A stretch of DNA of 64,000 bases from Candidatus Margulisiibacteriota bacterium. Lineage in GTDB: Bacteria; Margulisbacteria; WOR-1; O2-12-FULL-45-9. The notes below the pieces were generated by a model. That model did no database searches and had not been told where the DNA came from. It saw only the letters and a program-made list of their open reading frames with translations. The number at the start of each line of letters is the position of its first letter. Within the stretch, counting starts at the first letter, position 1. The stretch covers positions 1 to 64,000 of the forward strand of contig JBDRHP010000011.1 of NCBI GenBank assembly GCA_043816785.1. The letters run 5' to 3'. The translations under genes and the position numbers were made by a program. Below are positions 29,976 to 38,956 of this stretch, piece by piece.

Positions 29976-30707
29976 TTAAGTATTCATTAACATGCCGCCG
30001 TTAACATTGATCACCTGTCCGGTGATATAATCAGCAGCGCTGCTGGCCAGAAACAGGCAAGCGTTGGCCACGTCTTCGGGCTGGCCGAGCTTGGCCAAAG
30101 GGATCTGGGCCAACATTTTTTGTTTCACATCGTCAGAAAGTTTATCCGTCATGGCGGTCTGGATAAAACCCGGAGCGATCGCATTGACGGTGATACCGCG
30201 GGAAGCGATCTCGCGAGCCAGGGTTTTGGTCAAACCGATCACGCCGGCCTTGGAGGCAGCGTAGTTGGCCTGGCCGGCATTGCCCATCTCACCCACGATC
30301 GAGGCGATATTGATAATTTTGCCTGAACGCTGCTTCATCATTATTGGCACAACAGCCTTGCAAAGATTAAAAACACCGGAAAGATTGATGTTCAAGACCA
30401 GGTCCCAGTCTTCTTTCTTCATTCTAATAAATAAAGTATCTTTGGTAATGCCGGCATTATTGACTAAAATATCAATATTGCCCAATTCTTCCTTGATTTT
30501 TTTGAGGCTGGTTTCGGCTTCAACCAGATCAGCCACATTCAATTTTAGCGGCACGCCATTGATCTCTTTAGCGGTTTGGGTCGCGAGTTCCAGATTAACA
30601 TCAGAAACCACAACTTTAGCGCCAGCTTTAGCCAGCGTTGCGGCAATGGCCTTGCCAATGCCCTGAGCAGCACCGGTTACTAAAGCGACTTTATCCTTTA
30701 ACTGCAT
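29976..30707 (-). CDS. fabG: 3-oxoacyl-ACP reductase
   Basis: TGAAQGIG, NNAGIT, YAASK; start MQLKDK. Confidence 0.96.
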   Translation of the reverse strand: MQLKDKVALVTGAAQGIGKAIAATLAKAGAKVVVSDVNLELATQTAKEINGVPLKLNVADLVEAETSLKKIKEELGNIDILVNNAGITKDTLFIRMKKEDWDLVLNINLSGVFNLCKAVVPIMMKQRSGKIINIASIVGEMGNAGQANYAASKAGVIGLTKTLAREIASRGITVNAIAPGFIQTAMTDKLSDDVKQKMLAQIPLAKLGQPEDVANACLFLASSAADYITGQVINVNGGMLMNT

Positions 30708-30722
30708 ACATTCCTCCATTAA

Positions 30723-30782
30723 TGTAGGGACAACCTTTATGGTTGTCCGAGTCAACGGACAGGGACAAGCCCTGTCCCTACA
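30723..30782. repeat. Inverted pair of GTAG-type REP palindromes (REPIN-like)
   Basis: TGTAGGGACAACCTTTATGGTTGTCCG and the inverted CGGACAGGGACAAGCCCTGTCCCTACA. Confidence 0.7.
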
Positions 30783-31650
30783 TTTCCAAAAAAGATTTTA
30801 CCTCAACGTTCTTATCGGTTTTCTTGATCAGGCCGGACAGTACTTTGCCGGAACCGATTTCTACAAAGCTGGTTATTCCGTCCGCGATCATCTTTTTAAC
30901 TGAATCTTCCCATAAAACAGGGCTGGTCACCTGCTTGATCAGCAGCTCGCGGATCTCATCGGCCTTGGTCACATAATCCGCTGTCACATTAGCCACGACT
31001 GGGATCTTTGCCTCACTTATTTTAACTTTATTTAATTCAATTTTCAAATTGTCGGCTGCCGGCTGCATTAAGGGACAATGAAATGGGGCGGAAACAGCCA
31101 GGGGAATGATTTTTTTTGCTCCGGCCGCCTTTAGTTTCACGCCGGCTGCCTCCACGCTGGCTTTCTTCCCGGAAATGACTACCTGGCCCGGAGAATTAAA
31201 ATTGGCTGGCCAAACATTGCCGACCTCAGCACATATTTCTTTGATCTTATTATTGTCTAAACCTATAACTGCTGACATAGCTCCTTCACCTAGCGGAACT
31301 GCTTGCTGCATAAATTTTCCTCTTAAATGAACCAACTTAACTGCATCAGCAAAGGAGAGGGCAGAAGCTGCTACCAAAGCTGAATATTCTCCCAAGCTAT
31401 GACCAGCCATGGCAGCTGGCATCGGACTGCCCTTTGCTTTTAGCGCTGCAAAAGCTGCCACGGAAACTGTTAAGATCGCCGGCTGGGTGATCTCGGTTTT
31501 TTTTAATGCTTCTTCAGGACCTTCAAAGCAGATCTTTTTAAGGTCAAATCCCAAGATCTCATTGGCCTGATCAAGATATTTTTCAGCCAGATCTTTTCCC
31601 ATGCCCATGGCTTGCGAGCCCTGGCCCGGGAAGACAAATGCCGTCTTCAT
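30778..31650 (-). CDS. fabD: Malonyl-CoA:ACP transacylase
   Basis: FPGQGSQ, GHSLGEY, VSAPFH; start MKTAFVF. Confidence 0.96.
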   Translation of the reverse strand: MKTAFVFPGQGSQAMGMGKDLAEKYLDQANEILGFDLKKICFEGPEEALKKTEITQPAILTVSVAAFAALKAKGSPMPAAMAGHSLGEYSALVAASALSFADAVKLVHLRGKFMQQAVPLGEGAMSAVIGLDNNKIKEICAEVGNVWPANFNSPGQVVISGKKASVEAAGVKLKAAGAKKIIPLAVSAPFHCPLMQPAADNLKIELNKVKISEAKIPVVANVTADYVTKADEIRELLIKQVTSPVLWEDSVKKMIADGITSFVEIGSGKVLSGLIKKTDKNVEVKSFLEM

Positions 31651-31668
31651 GTTTATCCTCATTTTTAC

Positions 31669-31698
31669 AAGGAACCTGCGAATAAACTTCGCGGTTCC
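31669..31698. repeat. Empty form of the AAGGAACCTGCGAA palindromic repeat
   Basis: AAGGAACCTGCGAATAAACTTCGCGGTTCC; same arms as the 40161 and 49199 copies but without the inner module. Confidence 0.7.
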
Positions 31699-31706
31699 AT
31701 AAATCA

Positions 31707-32945
31707 TTATCCTCTGATCTCCTGTAATTTCTTGGTTAACAAGGGAACGTATTCAAATAAGTCCCCAACTATGCCGTAAGTAGCAACCTTAAAGATCGGA
31801 GCATCCGGATCTTTATTTATTGCCACTATAGTAGCTGACGACTGCATACCCACTAAATGCTGGATCTTGCCGGAAATTCCGCAAGCGATGTAAAGTTTCG
31901 GCGCCACGGTTTTGCCGGTTTGTCCGACCTGATGGTGGGCGGAGATCCAGCCAGCGTCAACTGTCGCCCTGGAGGCGCCAACCGCGCCGCCCAGGATTTT
32001 AGCCAGGTCTTCAATTAATTTAAAATTCTTAGCTTCGCCAATGCCCCGGCCGCCGGAAACAATTATCTCAGCTTCGGCCAGATTAACTTTGCTGGTCTCA
32101 TCCTTGATGACCTCGATTAGTTTAACTACCAGGTCTTCGGGAGTAAAGGCCGGGTTGAATTTGATCAATTCGCCAGTGCGGCCGGCCTGCTTATCTGGTT
32201 TGCGGAAAACCTTGGGCCGCACGGTTGACATTTGCGGCCGGTTGTTAGGGCAAATAATCGTTGCCATAATGTTGCCGCCAAAAGCCGGGCGGGTTTGCAA
32301 TAAGTTTTTATTGTCCGGGTCAATGCCTAAGCTAGTACAGTCAGCGGTCAGGCCGGCGCCCACCCGGATGGCTAGTCGGGCGGCCAGGTCTCGGCCCATG
32401 GTAGTGGCCCCGAGCAGAAAAACCTCGGGTTTGTGCTTGGTTAGCAGTTCCGCTACCGCGCGGGTGTAAGGCAGTGATTTGTAATCCTTTAGCTCATTGT
32501 GATGCAGCAGATAAACTTTGTCCGCGCCGTAAGCGAACAGTTGGGAAACTTCCTCTTCGATGTCTTCGCCGCCGCAGAGCACGGCTGAAAGATCGGTCTT
32601 CAGGTCTTGGGCCAGCTTTCTGCCTTCGCCCAGCAATTCATAACCCACCGATTGGATTTTACCTTCGCGCTGTTCGGCAAAGATCCAGACACCTTTAAAT
32701 TGGCTCAGGTCCGTGCTGGATTCTTTTTCTGTTTTTATTTCAATGGCACCAAATTTTTTGCAGGCATCAATACAGGCCCCGCACAAAGTGCATTTATCCA
32801 GATCAATGACCGCTAATTTGCGCGGGGTGCCCTGCCTGCCGGCAGGCAGGCCTTCACGCGGCTTCATCTCGATCGCGTTGAAGGCGCAGGACTTAACACA
32901 AAGAGTGCAGCCCGTGCATTTATCCGCGTAAACAATAATGCTCAT
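31707..32945 (-). CDS. etfA: Electron transfer flavoprotein alpha subunit with N-terminal 2x[4Fe-4S] domain
   Basis: CTGCTLCVKSC and CTLCGACIDAC; GLTADC, TRPAFGG, VSGGRG, QVGQTG, GISG.IQH. Confidence 0.95.
   Translation of the reverse strand: MSIIVYADKCTGCTLCVKSCAFNAIEMKPREGLPAGRQGTPRKLAVIDLDKCTLCGACIDACKKFGAIEIKTEKESSTDLSQFKGVWIFAEQREGKIQSVGYELLGEGRKLAQDLKTDLSAVLCGGEDIEEEVSQLFAYGADKVYLLHHNELKDYKSLPYTRAVAELLTKHKPEVFLLGATTMGRDLAARLAIRVGAGLTADCTSLGIDPDNKNLLQTRPAFGGNIMATIICPNNRPQMSTVRPKVFRKPDKQAGRTGELIKFNPAFTPEDLVVKLIEVIKDETSKVNLAEAEIIVSGGRGIGEAKNFKLIEDLAKILGGAVGASRATVDAGWISAHHQVGQTGKTVAPKLYIACGISGKIQHLVGMQSSATIVAINKDPDAPIFKVATYGIVGDLFEYVPLLTKKLQEIRG
32831..32850. repeat. 20-bp perfect palindrome inside etfA
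   Basis: CCTGCCTGCCGGCAGGCAGG, read as LPAGRQG between the two Cys motifs. Confidence 0.75.
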
Positions 32946-33727
32946 TAGATTATTTTCCGCTCCTGGACTTTGGCGATCAGCTTGTCCACGATCTCAGCTG
33001 GTTCGCCCTCTAATTTTTCGCCGCCGCCTTTGGGCGGAGGAGTGAAGATCTTAACGACCTGAGTAGGCGAGCCGTTCAAGCCGATATTTTTCGCGTCAGC
33101 CTGGATATCGGAAGCTTTCAATGTTTTTATCTCTGCTTTTTTTGCCTTCATCAGGCCTTTGAGCGAGGGCATGCGGGGCTCATTGATTTGTTTAACGACC
33201 GTAACCACGGCTGGCAAAGGAGCTTCTACTACCTCATTAACCTCTTCCAGTAAGCGTTCAACCTTTACTTTGTTGCCATCAATTTCGATCTTTACGCCAA
33301 AAGTAATCTGAGGAATACCCAGCCATTCAGCGATCCCTGGGCCAACTTGGGCAGTGTCGCCGTCAATGGCCTGTTTGCCGCAGATGATCAAATCATAGTC
33401 GCCCAGGGTTTTAATAGTTTGGGCCAGGGTGTAGGAAGTGGCCCAGGTGTCTGAGCCGGCAAAAGCGCGGTCAGAGACCAGTATAACTTCGTCAGCGCCC
33501 ATGGCCAGAGTGGTTTTTAGGGCTTCAGCAGCTTGGGGTGGGCCCATTGTTAAGACTGTTACTTTGCCGCCGTGTTTTTCCCTGAGCTTTAACGCTGCCT
33601 CCACGGCATTCTCGTCAAAAGGGTTAACAATAGAAGGGACTCCTTCGCGGACCAAAGTATTGGTCTCGGGATTGATCTTAACTTCAGTTGTATCAGGAAC
33701 TTGCTTGATACAGACTACAATGTTCAT
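32945..33727 (-). CDS. etfB: Electron transfer flavoprotein beta subunit
   Basis: VCIKQVPD, NPFD..AVE, AGSDT.AT, GKQAIDGDT.QV. Confidence 0.96.
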   Translation of the reverse strand: MNIVVCIKQVPDTTEVKINPETNTLVREGVPSIVNPFDENAVEAALKLREKHGGKVTVLTMGPPQAAEALKTTLAMGADEVILVSDRAFAGSDTWATSYTLAQTIKTLGDYDLIICGKQAIDGDTAQVGPGIAEWLGIPQITFGVKIEIDGNKVKVERLLEEVNEVVEAPLPAVVTVVKQINEPRMPSLKGLMKAKKAEIKTLKASDIQADAKNIGLNGSPTQVVKIFTPPPKGGGEKLEGEPAEIVDKLIAKVQERKII

Positions 33728-34887
33728 TTCTTCTTCTTAGCGCTTTCCTTGATCATGGCCAGTCCGATCTGATTCCGCTGGATCTGATTGGTGCCTTCAT
33801 AGATCTGGGTGATCTTGGCGTCGCGTGCCATTTTCTCGACAGGATATTCTTTCATATAGCCATAGCCGCCCATCACCTGGATGGCGTCAATGGTAACTTT
33901 CATAGCCGCGTCTGAGGCGAATAATTTGGCTTGGGAAGCCGGCAGAGTATAATTATTTGCTCCTGCATCGATCATGCGGGCACAGGAGTAGACCAGCGCT
34001 CGGGCAGCTTCCACCTGGGTCGACATGTCGGCCAGCATGTGCTGGACCGCTTGCAAAGAAGCGATCGGTTTGCCGAACTGAACGCGCTCGCGGGCATACT
34101 TGGTCGCCTCGTCAACAGCGCCCTGGGCAATGCCCACGGCCTGCGCGCCGATCCCCGGCCGGGTCAGGTCCAGGGTCTTCATTGCAATGATAAAACCAAT
34201 GCCTTCTTTACCCAGCAGCTGACTTTTGTGCACTTTGCAGTCCTGGAAGACAAGTTCCCGGGTGGCAGAGCAACGGATCCCCATCTTGTTCTCTTTTTTA
34301 CCGAAAGTGAAGCCCGGGGTGCCTTTTTCCACAATAAAACAGGAAGCCCCGCGGGAACCCTTGGCCTTGTCGGTGATCGCGAACACAGTGTAGGTCTCAG
34401 CTTCGCCGCCATTGGTGATCCACTGTTTAGTCCCGTTTATAATGTAATGGTCCCCGTCTTTTTTAGCGGTGGTTTCCATGCCGCCTGCGTCTGAGCCAGC
34501 GTTGGCTTCGGTCAGGCCAAAAGCCGCCAGTTTTTTGCCGGCCGCGATGTAGGGCATGTATTTCTTTTTCTGCTCGTCGCTGCCAAAAAGCAGGATCGGG
34601 GTAGAGCCCAGGGCAGAAGCGGCAAAGGTCACTCCCACGCCGCCGCAAACCCGGCTGACTTCTTCAGTGGCCAAGCAAAAGTTAAAAACACTCTGGCCAA
34701 ATCCCCCCAGCTCTTCCGGGATATAAAGGCCGCAAAGGTCAGCATCGGCGTAGGCTTTCATGGCTTCCCAGGGAAATTCTCCGGTTTCATCCCATTCCGC
34801 ACGCTTTGGCAGGACCTTTTCCAGGGTCACTTTTCTGACCAGGTCCCTGATCATTACTTGTTCCTCGGTCAATTGATAATCAAGCAT
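33724..34887 (-). CDS. Acyl-CoA dehydrogenase (Bcd-like)
   Basis: FGLTEANAGSD, NGTKQWITNG, KENKMGIR, RVQFGKPI, GGYGY, IYEGTNQIQR. Confidence 0.95.
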   Translation of the reverse strand: MLDYQLTEEQVMIRDLVRKVTLEKVLPKRAEWDETGEFPWEAMKAYADADLCGLYIPEELGGFGQSVFNFCLATEEVSRVCGGVGVTFAASALGSTPILLFGSDEQKKKYMPYIAAGKKLAAFGLTEANAGSDAGGMETTAKKDGDHYIINGTKQWITNGGEAETYTVFAITDKAKGSRGASCFIVEKGTPGFTFGKKENKMGIRCSATRELVFQDCKVHKSQLLGKEGIGFIIAMKTLDLTRPGIGAQAVGIAQGAVDEATKYARERVQFGKPIASLQAVQHMLADMSTQVEAARALVYSCARMIDAGANNYTLPASQAKLFASDAAMKVTIDAIQVMGGYGYMKEYPVEKMARDAKITQIYEGTNQIQRNQIGLAMIKESAKKKK

Positions 34888-35857
34888 TGTTATCCTCCCA
34901 TTTAATAACATTCGCCCCGCAGGTCAGGCCGGCGCCAAACCCGGACAGGACGATTATATCACCGTTCTTTATTTTACCATCAGCTAGGGCTTCATCTAAA
35001 GCTAGGGGGATAGAAGCAGCTGAGGTATTTCCGTACTTATGGAGATTAACATAAACTTTTTCTTTTGGCAATCCCATTTTTTTGGTTACATGATTGATTA
35101 TTCGGACATTAGCCTGATGAGGGATGAGTAGGTTAATGTCAGAAATTTCTAGCTTTGCCTTTTTCAAGACCTCACGGATAGATTCTTCAAGCACCCGGAC
35201 CGCGAATTTAAAGACTTCCTTCCCATCCATGGTGATGAACCTGCCGTTCTTTTCCTCGGGGTCGCGCGATCCGCCGCCCGGCATGATCAATTTATCACCC
35301 ATATGACCTTCGGCCTTAAGCCAATTGGCTAAGATGCCGGAGCCATTAGGAGAAGCGGTTAAAACAACCGCGCCAGCACCATCGCCGAACAGGATGCAGG
35401 TGCCCCGGTCATGCCAATCAAGGTATTTGGTCAAAGTGTCAGCTCCGACCACCAGAACGTTTTTATAAAAGCCGTTTTCAATGAACTGCGAGGCAACGGT
35501 TAGGGCATAATTAAAACCAGAGCAGGCGGCTGAAACATCAAAGGCCGCGGCCTTTGATGCCCCAAGTTTTTTTTGCAGAATACAGGCAACAGAAGGGAAC
35601 AGGCAATCAGGGGAAGTTGTGCCGACGATTATCAGGTCGAGCCGCTCAATGGCCAGACCGGACTTTTTTAGCGCTTTTTCAGCTGCCAAAATGGCCAGGT
35701 CGGAAGTTGCGGTCGTGTTGTCTGAAACGCGGCGTTCCTGAATGCCGGTCCGGGTTCTGATCCACTCGTCGTTGGTGTCAACGGTCTTGGCTAGGTCGTT
35801 ATTGGTAACAACCTTATCCGGCACAGCGGAGCCAACGCCGATGATGGTCGCCCTCAC
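34880..35857 (-). CDS. fabH: Beta-ketoacyl-ACP synthase III
   Basis: AACSGF, LFGDGAGA, PHQAN, GNTSAASIP. Confidence 0.97.
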   Translation of the reverse strand: MRATIIGVGSAVPDKVVTNNDLAKTVDTNDEWIRTRTGIQERRVSDNTTATSDLAILAAEKALKKSGLAIERLDLIIVGTTSPDCLFPSVACILQKKLGASKAAAFDVSAACSGFNYALTVASQFIENGFYKNVLVVGADTLTKYLDWHDRGTCILFGDGAGAVVLTASPNGSGILANWLKAEGHMGDKLIMPGGGSRDPEEKNGRFITMDGKEVFKFAVRVLEESIREVLKKAKLEISDINLLIPHQANVRIINHVTKKMGLPKEKVYVNLHKYGNTSAASIPLALDEALADGKIKNGDIIVLSGFGAGLTCGANVIKWEDNNA

Positions 35858-36834
35858 AGGTTTTCCCTTAGCTTTGAGGTCATGTCGCCATTGACTGCCT
35901 CAACAGTTTCTCTAATGGCATTTTTTATAGCTGGAGCCTTAGCCCTACCGTGAGCCTTGAAGACTGTGCCGGCAATGCCTAAAAGCGGAGCTCCGCCATA
36001 GTCATCATAAGTAACTTTCTTGCGCAACCGAAACAAGGCGGGCAGAAGGAAAGCCAAGCCGATCTTGTTCATCACGCCTTTGGAAAGCTCGCTTTTTAGC
36101 ATCTGAAAGACCGAGGCTCCCAGGCTCTCTCCGAACTTCAAGATCAAGTTGCCGACAAACCCGTCACAAACGATCACGTCTGCCTTGCCCTGCAGAATCT
36201 CTTTGGATTCCACATTGCCGATAAAGTTAATTGGTAGTTCTTTGAGTAGTGGCCAGGCTTCACGGGTTAATTCGTTGCCCTTTTCTTTTTCTTCGCCGAT
36301 GTTTAAGAGCCCGACCCGGGGATTTTCAATGTGCATGGTGTGTTTGGCATATAAGCTGCCCATCAGGGCGAATTGTTGGAGGTGTTTAGCTTTGCAGTCA
36401 ACGTTGGCGCCTAAGTCTAGCAGGATTACTTTTCCTGCCGGCAGGGGAAATTCGCCAGCAATGGCTGGACGTTCAATGCCCGGGATCCTGCCAAGCTTAA
36501 AGAGAGAGGCGGCCATCAACGCGCCGGTATTGCCGGCAGAAACAATAGCGTCAGCTTTGCCTTCTTTGACCAGCGAAACAGCAACATTGATCGAGGCGTC
36601 TTTTTTTTGTTTAACTGCCTGGGCAGGGGACTCATCCATCCCAATAACTTCGGAGGCTGCAACAACTGGGAGCTTGCCCTTATCCTTGTACTTTTGGAGT
36701 TCTTGGCCGACTTTTTGAGGATCACCAACCAGAATGATCTCTACAGAGAGCTCCTGGCTGGCCAGAACAGCGCCTTTGACGATTTCAGCAGGAGCAAAGT
36801 CGCCGCCCATCGCATCGAGTGCGATTCTAACCAC
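35854..36834 (-). CDS. plsX: Phosphate acyltransferase
   Basis: IALDAMGGD, SAGNTGA, LLNIGEE..KG, CDGFVGN. Confidence 0.97.
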   Translation of the reverse strand: MVRIALDAMGGDFAPAEIVKGAVLASQELSVEIILVGDPQKVGQELQKYKDKGKLPVVAASEVIGMDESPAQAVKQKKDASINVAVSLVKEGKADAIVSAGNTGALMAASLFKLGRIPGIERPAIAGEFPLPAGKVILLDLGANVDCKAKHLQQFALMGSLYAKHTMHIENPRVGLLNIGEEKEKGNELTREAWPLLKELPINFIGNVESKEILQGKADVIVCDGFVGNLILKFGESLGASVFQMLKSELSKGVMNKIGLAFLLPALFRLRKKVTYDDYGGAPLLGIAGTVFKAHGRAKAPAIKNAIRETVEAVNGDMTSKLRENL

Positions 36835-37041
36835 TTACTCTTTCCCCTTGCCTTTTTTCTTCTCTTTGATCTTTTTGACCTGGCGGCCCTTGTAGGTGCC
36901 GCAACTGGGGCAGGCATGGTGAGGAAGAAGAGCGGCCCCGCAACTGGGGCAGGTGCTTAGCTTGGCCGGAGAAAGCCGGTAGTTGGAAAATCTCCTCTTT
37001 CCCTGACGAACGTTCGAATGTCTCTTTTTTGGTACTGGCAT
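36835..37041 (-). CDS. rpmF: 50S ribosomal protein L32
   Basis: MPVPKKRHS, CPSCG...PHHACPSCG.Y. Confidence 0.95.
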   Translation of the reverse strand: MPVPKKRHSNVRQGKRRFSNYRLSPAKLSTCPSCGAALLPHHACPSCGTYKGRQVKKIKEKKKGKGKE

Positions 37042-37042
37042 G

Positions 37043-37477
37043 TTATTTGTCTCCTTTTATTCCTTTACAATCTGGCGAGCAAAGGGTTTTTATTGGTTGC
37101 TCGAGCGAAAGATCCTGCCTGATCAACTCAGTCAGATCGATCGTGTTATCCTCTTCGATCGGCAAGACAAAATCTTCGTTTCTTAGCTCGATTTCTTTGC
37201 TTTTCTTCGGGATAAGCGGTTCCTTGCTGAATTCCTCTTCCAGCTCGATCGCGATCGGATATTTAAACTTTTTCAGGCATCTTGAGCATTCTAGCTCAGC
37301 TTCGGTCTCTGCCCGGCCTAAAAGCAGGACTGAGGGGCCGATGTTCGCCAGGTGTGCATTTACTATAACTGGTTTGGTCAAGGTCAGGCCATCTTCCGGA
37401 AAACTGACTTTTTCGCTCTGTTCAATGTCTGTTTCGTTCCCGACCTTCTGCAGCAGTTCTGTAAGATCTATTCGCAC
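37043..37477 (-). CDS. yceD: DUF177 (YceD) family protein
   Basis: CSRCL and LCSPDCKG; yceD-rpmF-plsX synteny. Confidence 0.9.
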   Translation of the reverse strand: MRIDLTELLQKVGNETDIEQSEKVSFPEDGLTLTKPVIVNAHLANIGPSVLLLGRAETEAELECSRCLKKFKYPIAIELEEEFSKEPLIPKKSKEIELRNEDFVLPIEEDNTIDLTELIRQDLSLEQPIKTLCSPDCKGIKGDK

Positions 37478-37514
37478 AACAAGGGGTTATTATACTGGAT
37501 TTTTAAGGGGGTTG

Positions 37515-38402
37515 TCAACGATTTGCCCGGGGATGGGCTGAATCATAGACCTCTTTGAGCCTTTCCTTAGTAATATGGGTATAAACTTGAGTGGTGGAGA
37601 GCGACACGTGACCCAGTAGTTCCTGAACCATCCTTAAGTCTGCTCCGCCAGCCAGCAAATGGGTAGCGAATGAATGGCGTAAGGTGTGAGGGGTAACCTT
37701 TTTGGTTAGGCCAGCCTTTTTAGCGTGGTGAACGAGCATTCTTTCAACTGAACGGGTAGTTAAGCGACCGCCGCGGCGGTTAATAAAGATAGCCGGACTT
37801 TTTTTGTTGGACAACAATTTAGGCCGGCCATCTTTTAAGTATTTGTTTAAGGCTGCCCGAGCATGAGAACCAAACAAAACGATCCGTTCTTTTGAGCCTT
37901 TACCTAAAACCTTGATCTCTCCTTCGTCAAAATCAACATCACCAAAATTCATTCTTCTGATCTCGGTGACTCGCAAGCCAGTTCCGTAAAGAACTTCGAG
38001 AATAGCCCGATCGCGCAAGCCGCGGGGACCCTTTTGGTCAGGAGCATTCAATAGCCCCTGCAGTTCTTCGGGGTATAGAAAGTTAGGTAGTTTTTTTGGC
38101 AATTTTGGAGTTAACAGGTTTTCAAAAGGGTTTTGATCGATCAGCTTTTCCCGCCGTAGAAAACGGAAGAAAGAGCGGGCCGAAGAAAGCTTCCTGGCGA
38201 CCGAGCGGCGAGAATATCTTTTTTTTTCTAAAGCCAGCAGATATTCCCGGGCAGCTGAGCGGTCGATCTCCTTGTCCTTGAGAAAACCCAGTAAAAATCT
38301 TAGATCCCGCGCATAGTTGCTTAAGGTGTGTGGTGAATAGTTGCGTTCTGTCTTGAGGTGAGTAAGGAATTGCGAAATTCGATCTTGTTTCGGATTTCTC
38401 AC
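37515..38402 (-). CDS. xerC: Tyrosine recombinase XerC
   Basis: RNYSPHT..NY, TGLRV.E, GKGSKER, TPHTLRHSFATHLL, LLGH..LSTTQVY. Confidence 0.9.
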   Translation of the reverse strand: MRNPKQDRISQFLTHLKTERNYSPHTLSNYARDLRFLLGFLKDKEIDRSAAREYLLALEKKRYSRRSVARKLSSARSFFRFLRREKLIDQNPFENLLTPKLPKKLPNFLYPEELQGLLNAPDQKGPRGLRDRAILEVLYGTGLRVTEIRRMNFGDVDFDEGEIKVLGKGSKERIVLFGSHARAALNKYLKDGRPKLLSNKKSPAIFINRRGGRLTTRSVERMLVHHAKKAGLTKKVTPHTLRHSFATHLLAGGADLRMVQELLGHVSLSTTQVYTHITKERLKEVYDSAHPRANR

Positions 38403-38405
38403 GGC

Positions 38406-38828
38406 TTAAAGCCCGTACTTGGTTCTTTTTTCCGTGGTCAGCGGGTGATAATTATCGCCTTCTTTGACAACTCGAACAGGATCTCCTGGCCGGGTATCTA
38501 TGTGGATGAAGGCTTCTTTGGGGTAGAAGACCATGCCCCGCAGTTCCGGGATTGTTTCACAGTATTTAAATAATTCCTGAGGCGTGACCCCGTCAATATG
38601 GATGTGGGCCGCTTTGCCCTTAGTGTGAAGGCTGCGTTTTGGTTTATTTTGCTTTTCATGAAAAGCATCGCACCAGAAGCCGGAATCAACGCGCACTTTC
38701 TTGCGGAAATGACCGCCAAGTTGCTCCAGCGCCCCGACTAACCCCAGGTGTATCCTGTATTCTCCCCGGCATTCCGGACATCCGCAGGCAAAATCTTTAT
38801 TATTAAAATGTTCACTCAGGTTGCCCAT
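38406..38828 (-). CDS. Peptidase M15A-like (YcbK/DUF882) protein
   Basis: HF...DFAC, SLHTKGKAA, FIHID. Confidence 0.75.
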   Translation of the reverse strand: MGNLSEHFNNKDFACGCPECRGEYRIHLGLVGALEQLGGHFRKKVRVDSGFWCDAFHEKQNKPKRSLHTKGKAAHIHIDGVTPQELFKYCETIPELRGMVFYPKEAFIHIDTRPGDPVRVVKEGDNYHPLTTEKRTKYGL

Positions 38829-38851
38829 AACATTATTATATATTTATTTGG

Positions 38852-38880
38852 TTGACTTAGCAAACAGACGGGGCTATAAT
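38852..38880 (+). promoter_or_regulatory. Sigma70-type promoter of metK
   Basis: TTGACT-N17-TATAAT. Confidence 0.7.
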
Positions 38881-38956
38881 AACTAGGATCCAAAATCAAA
38901 TATTCTCACGAGCTTCATTAAATACCCGGTCCGCTCGTATGAGGGAGGAGAAAAAA

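Noticed and set aside
37515..38402. Tyrosine recombinase as a phage or island integrase
   Set aside because: Size and motifs match chromosomal XerC, and the neighbours are housekeeping genes.
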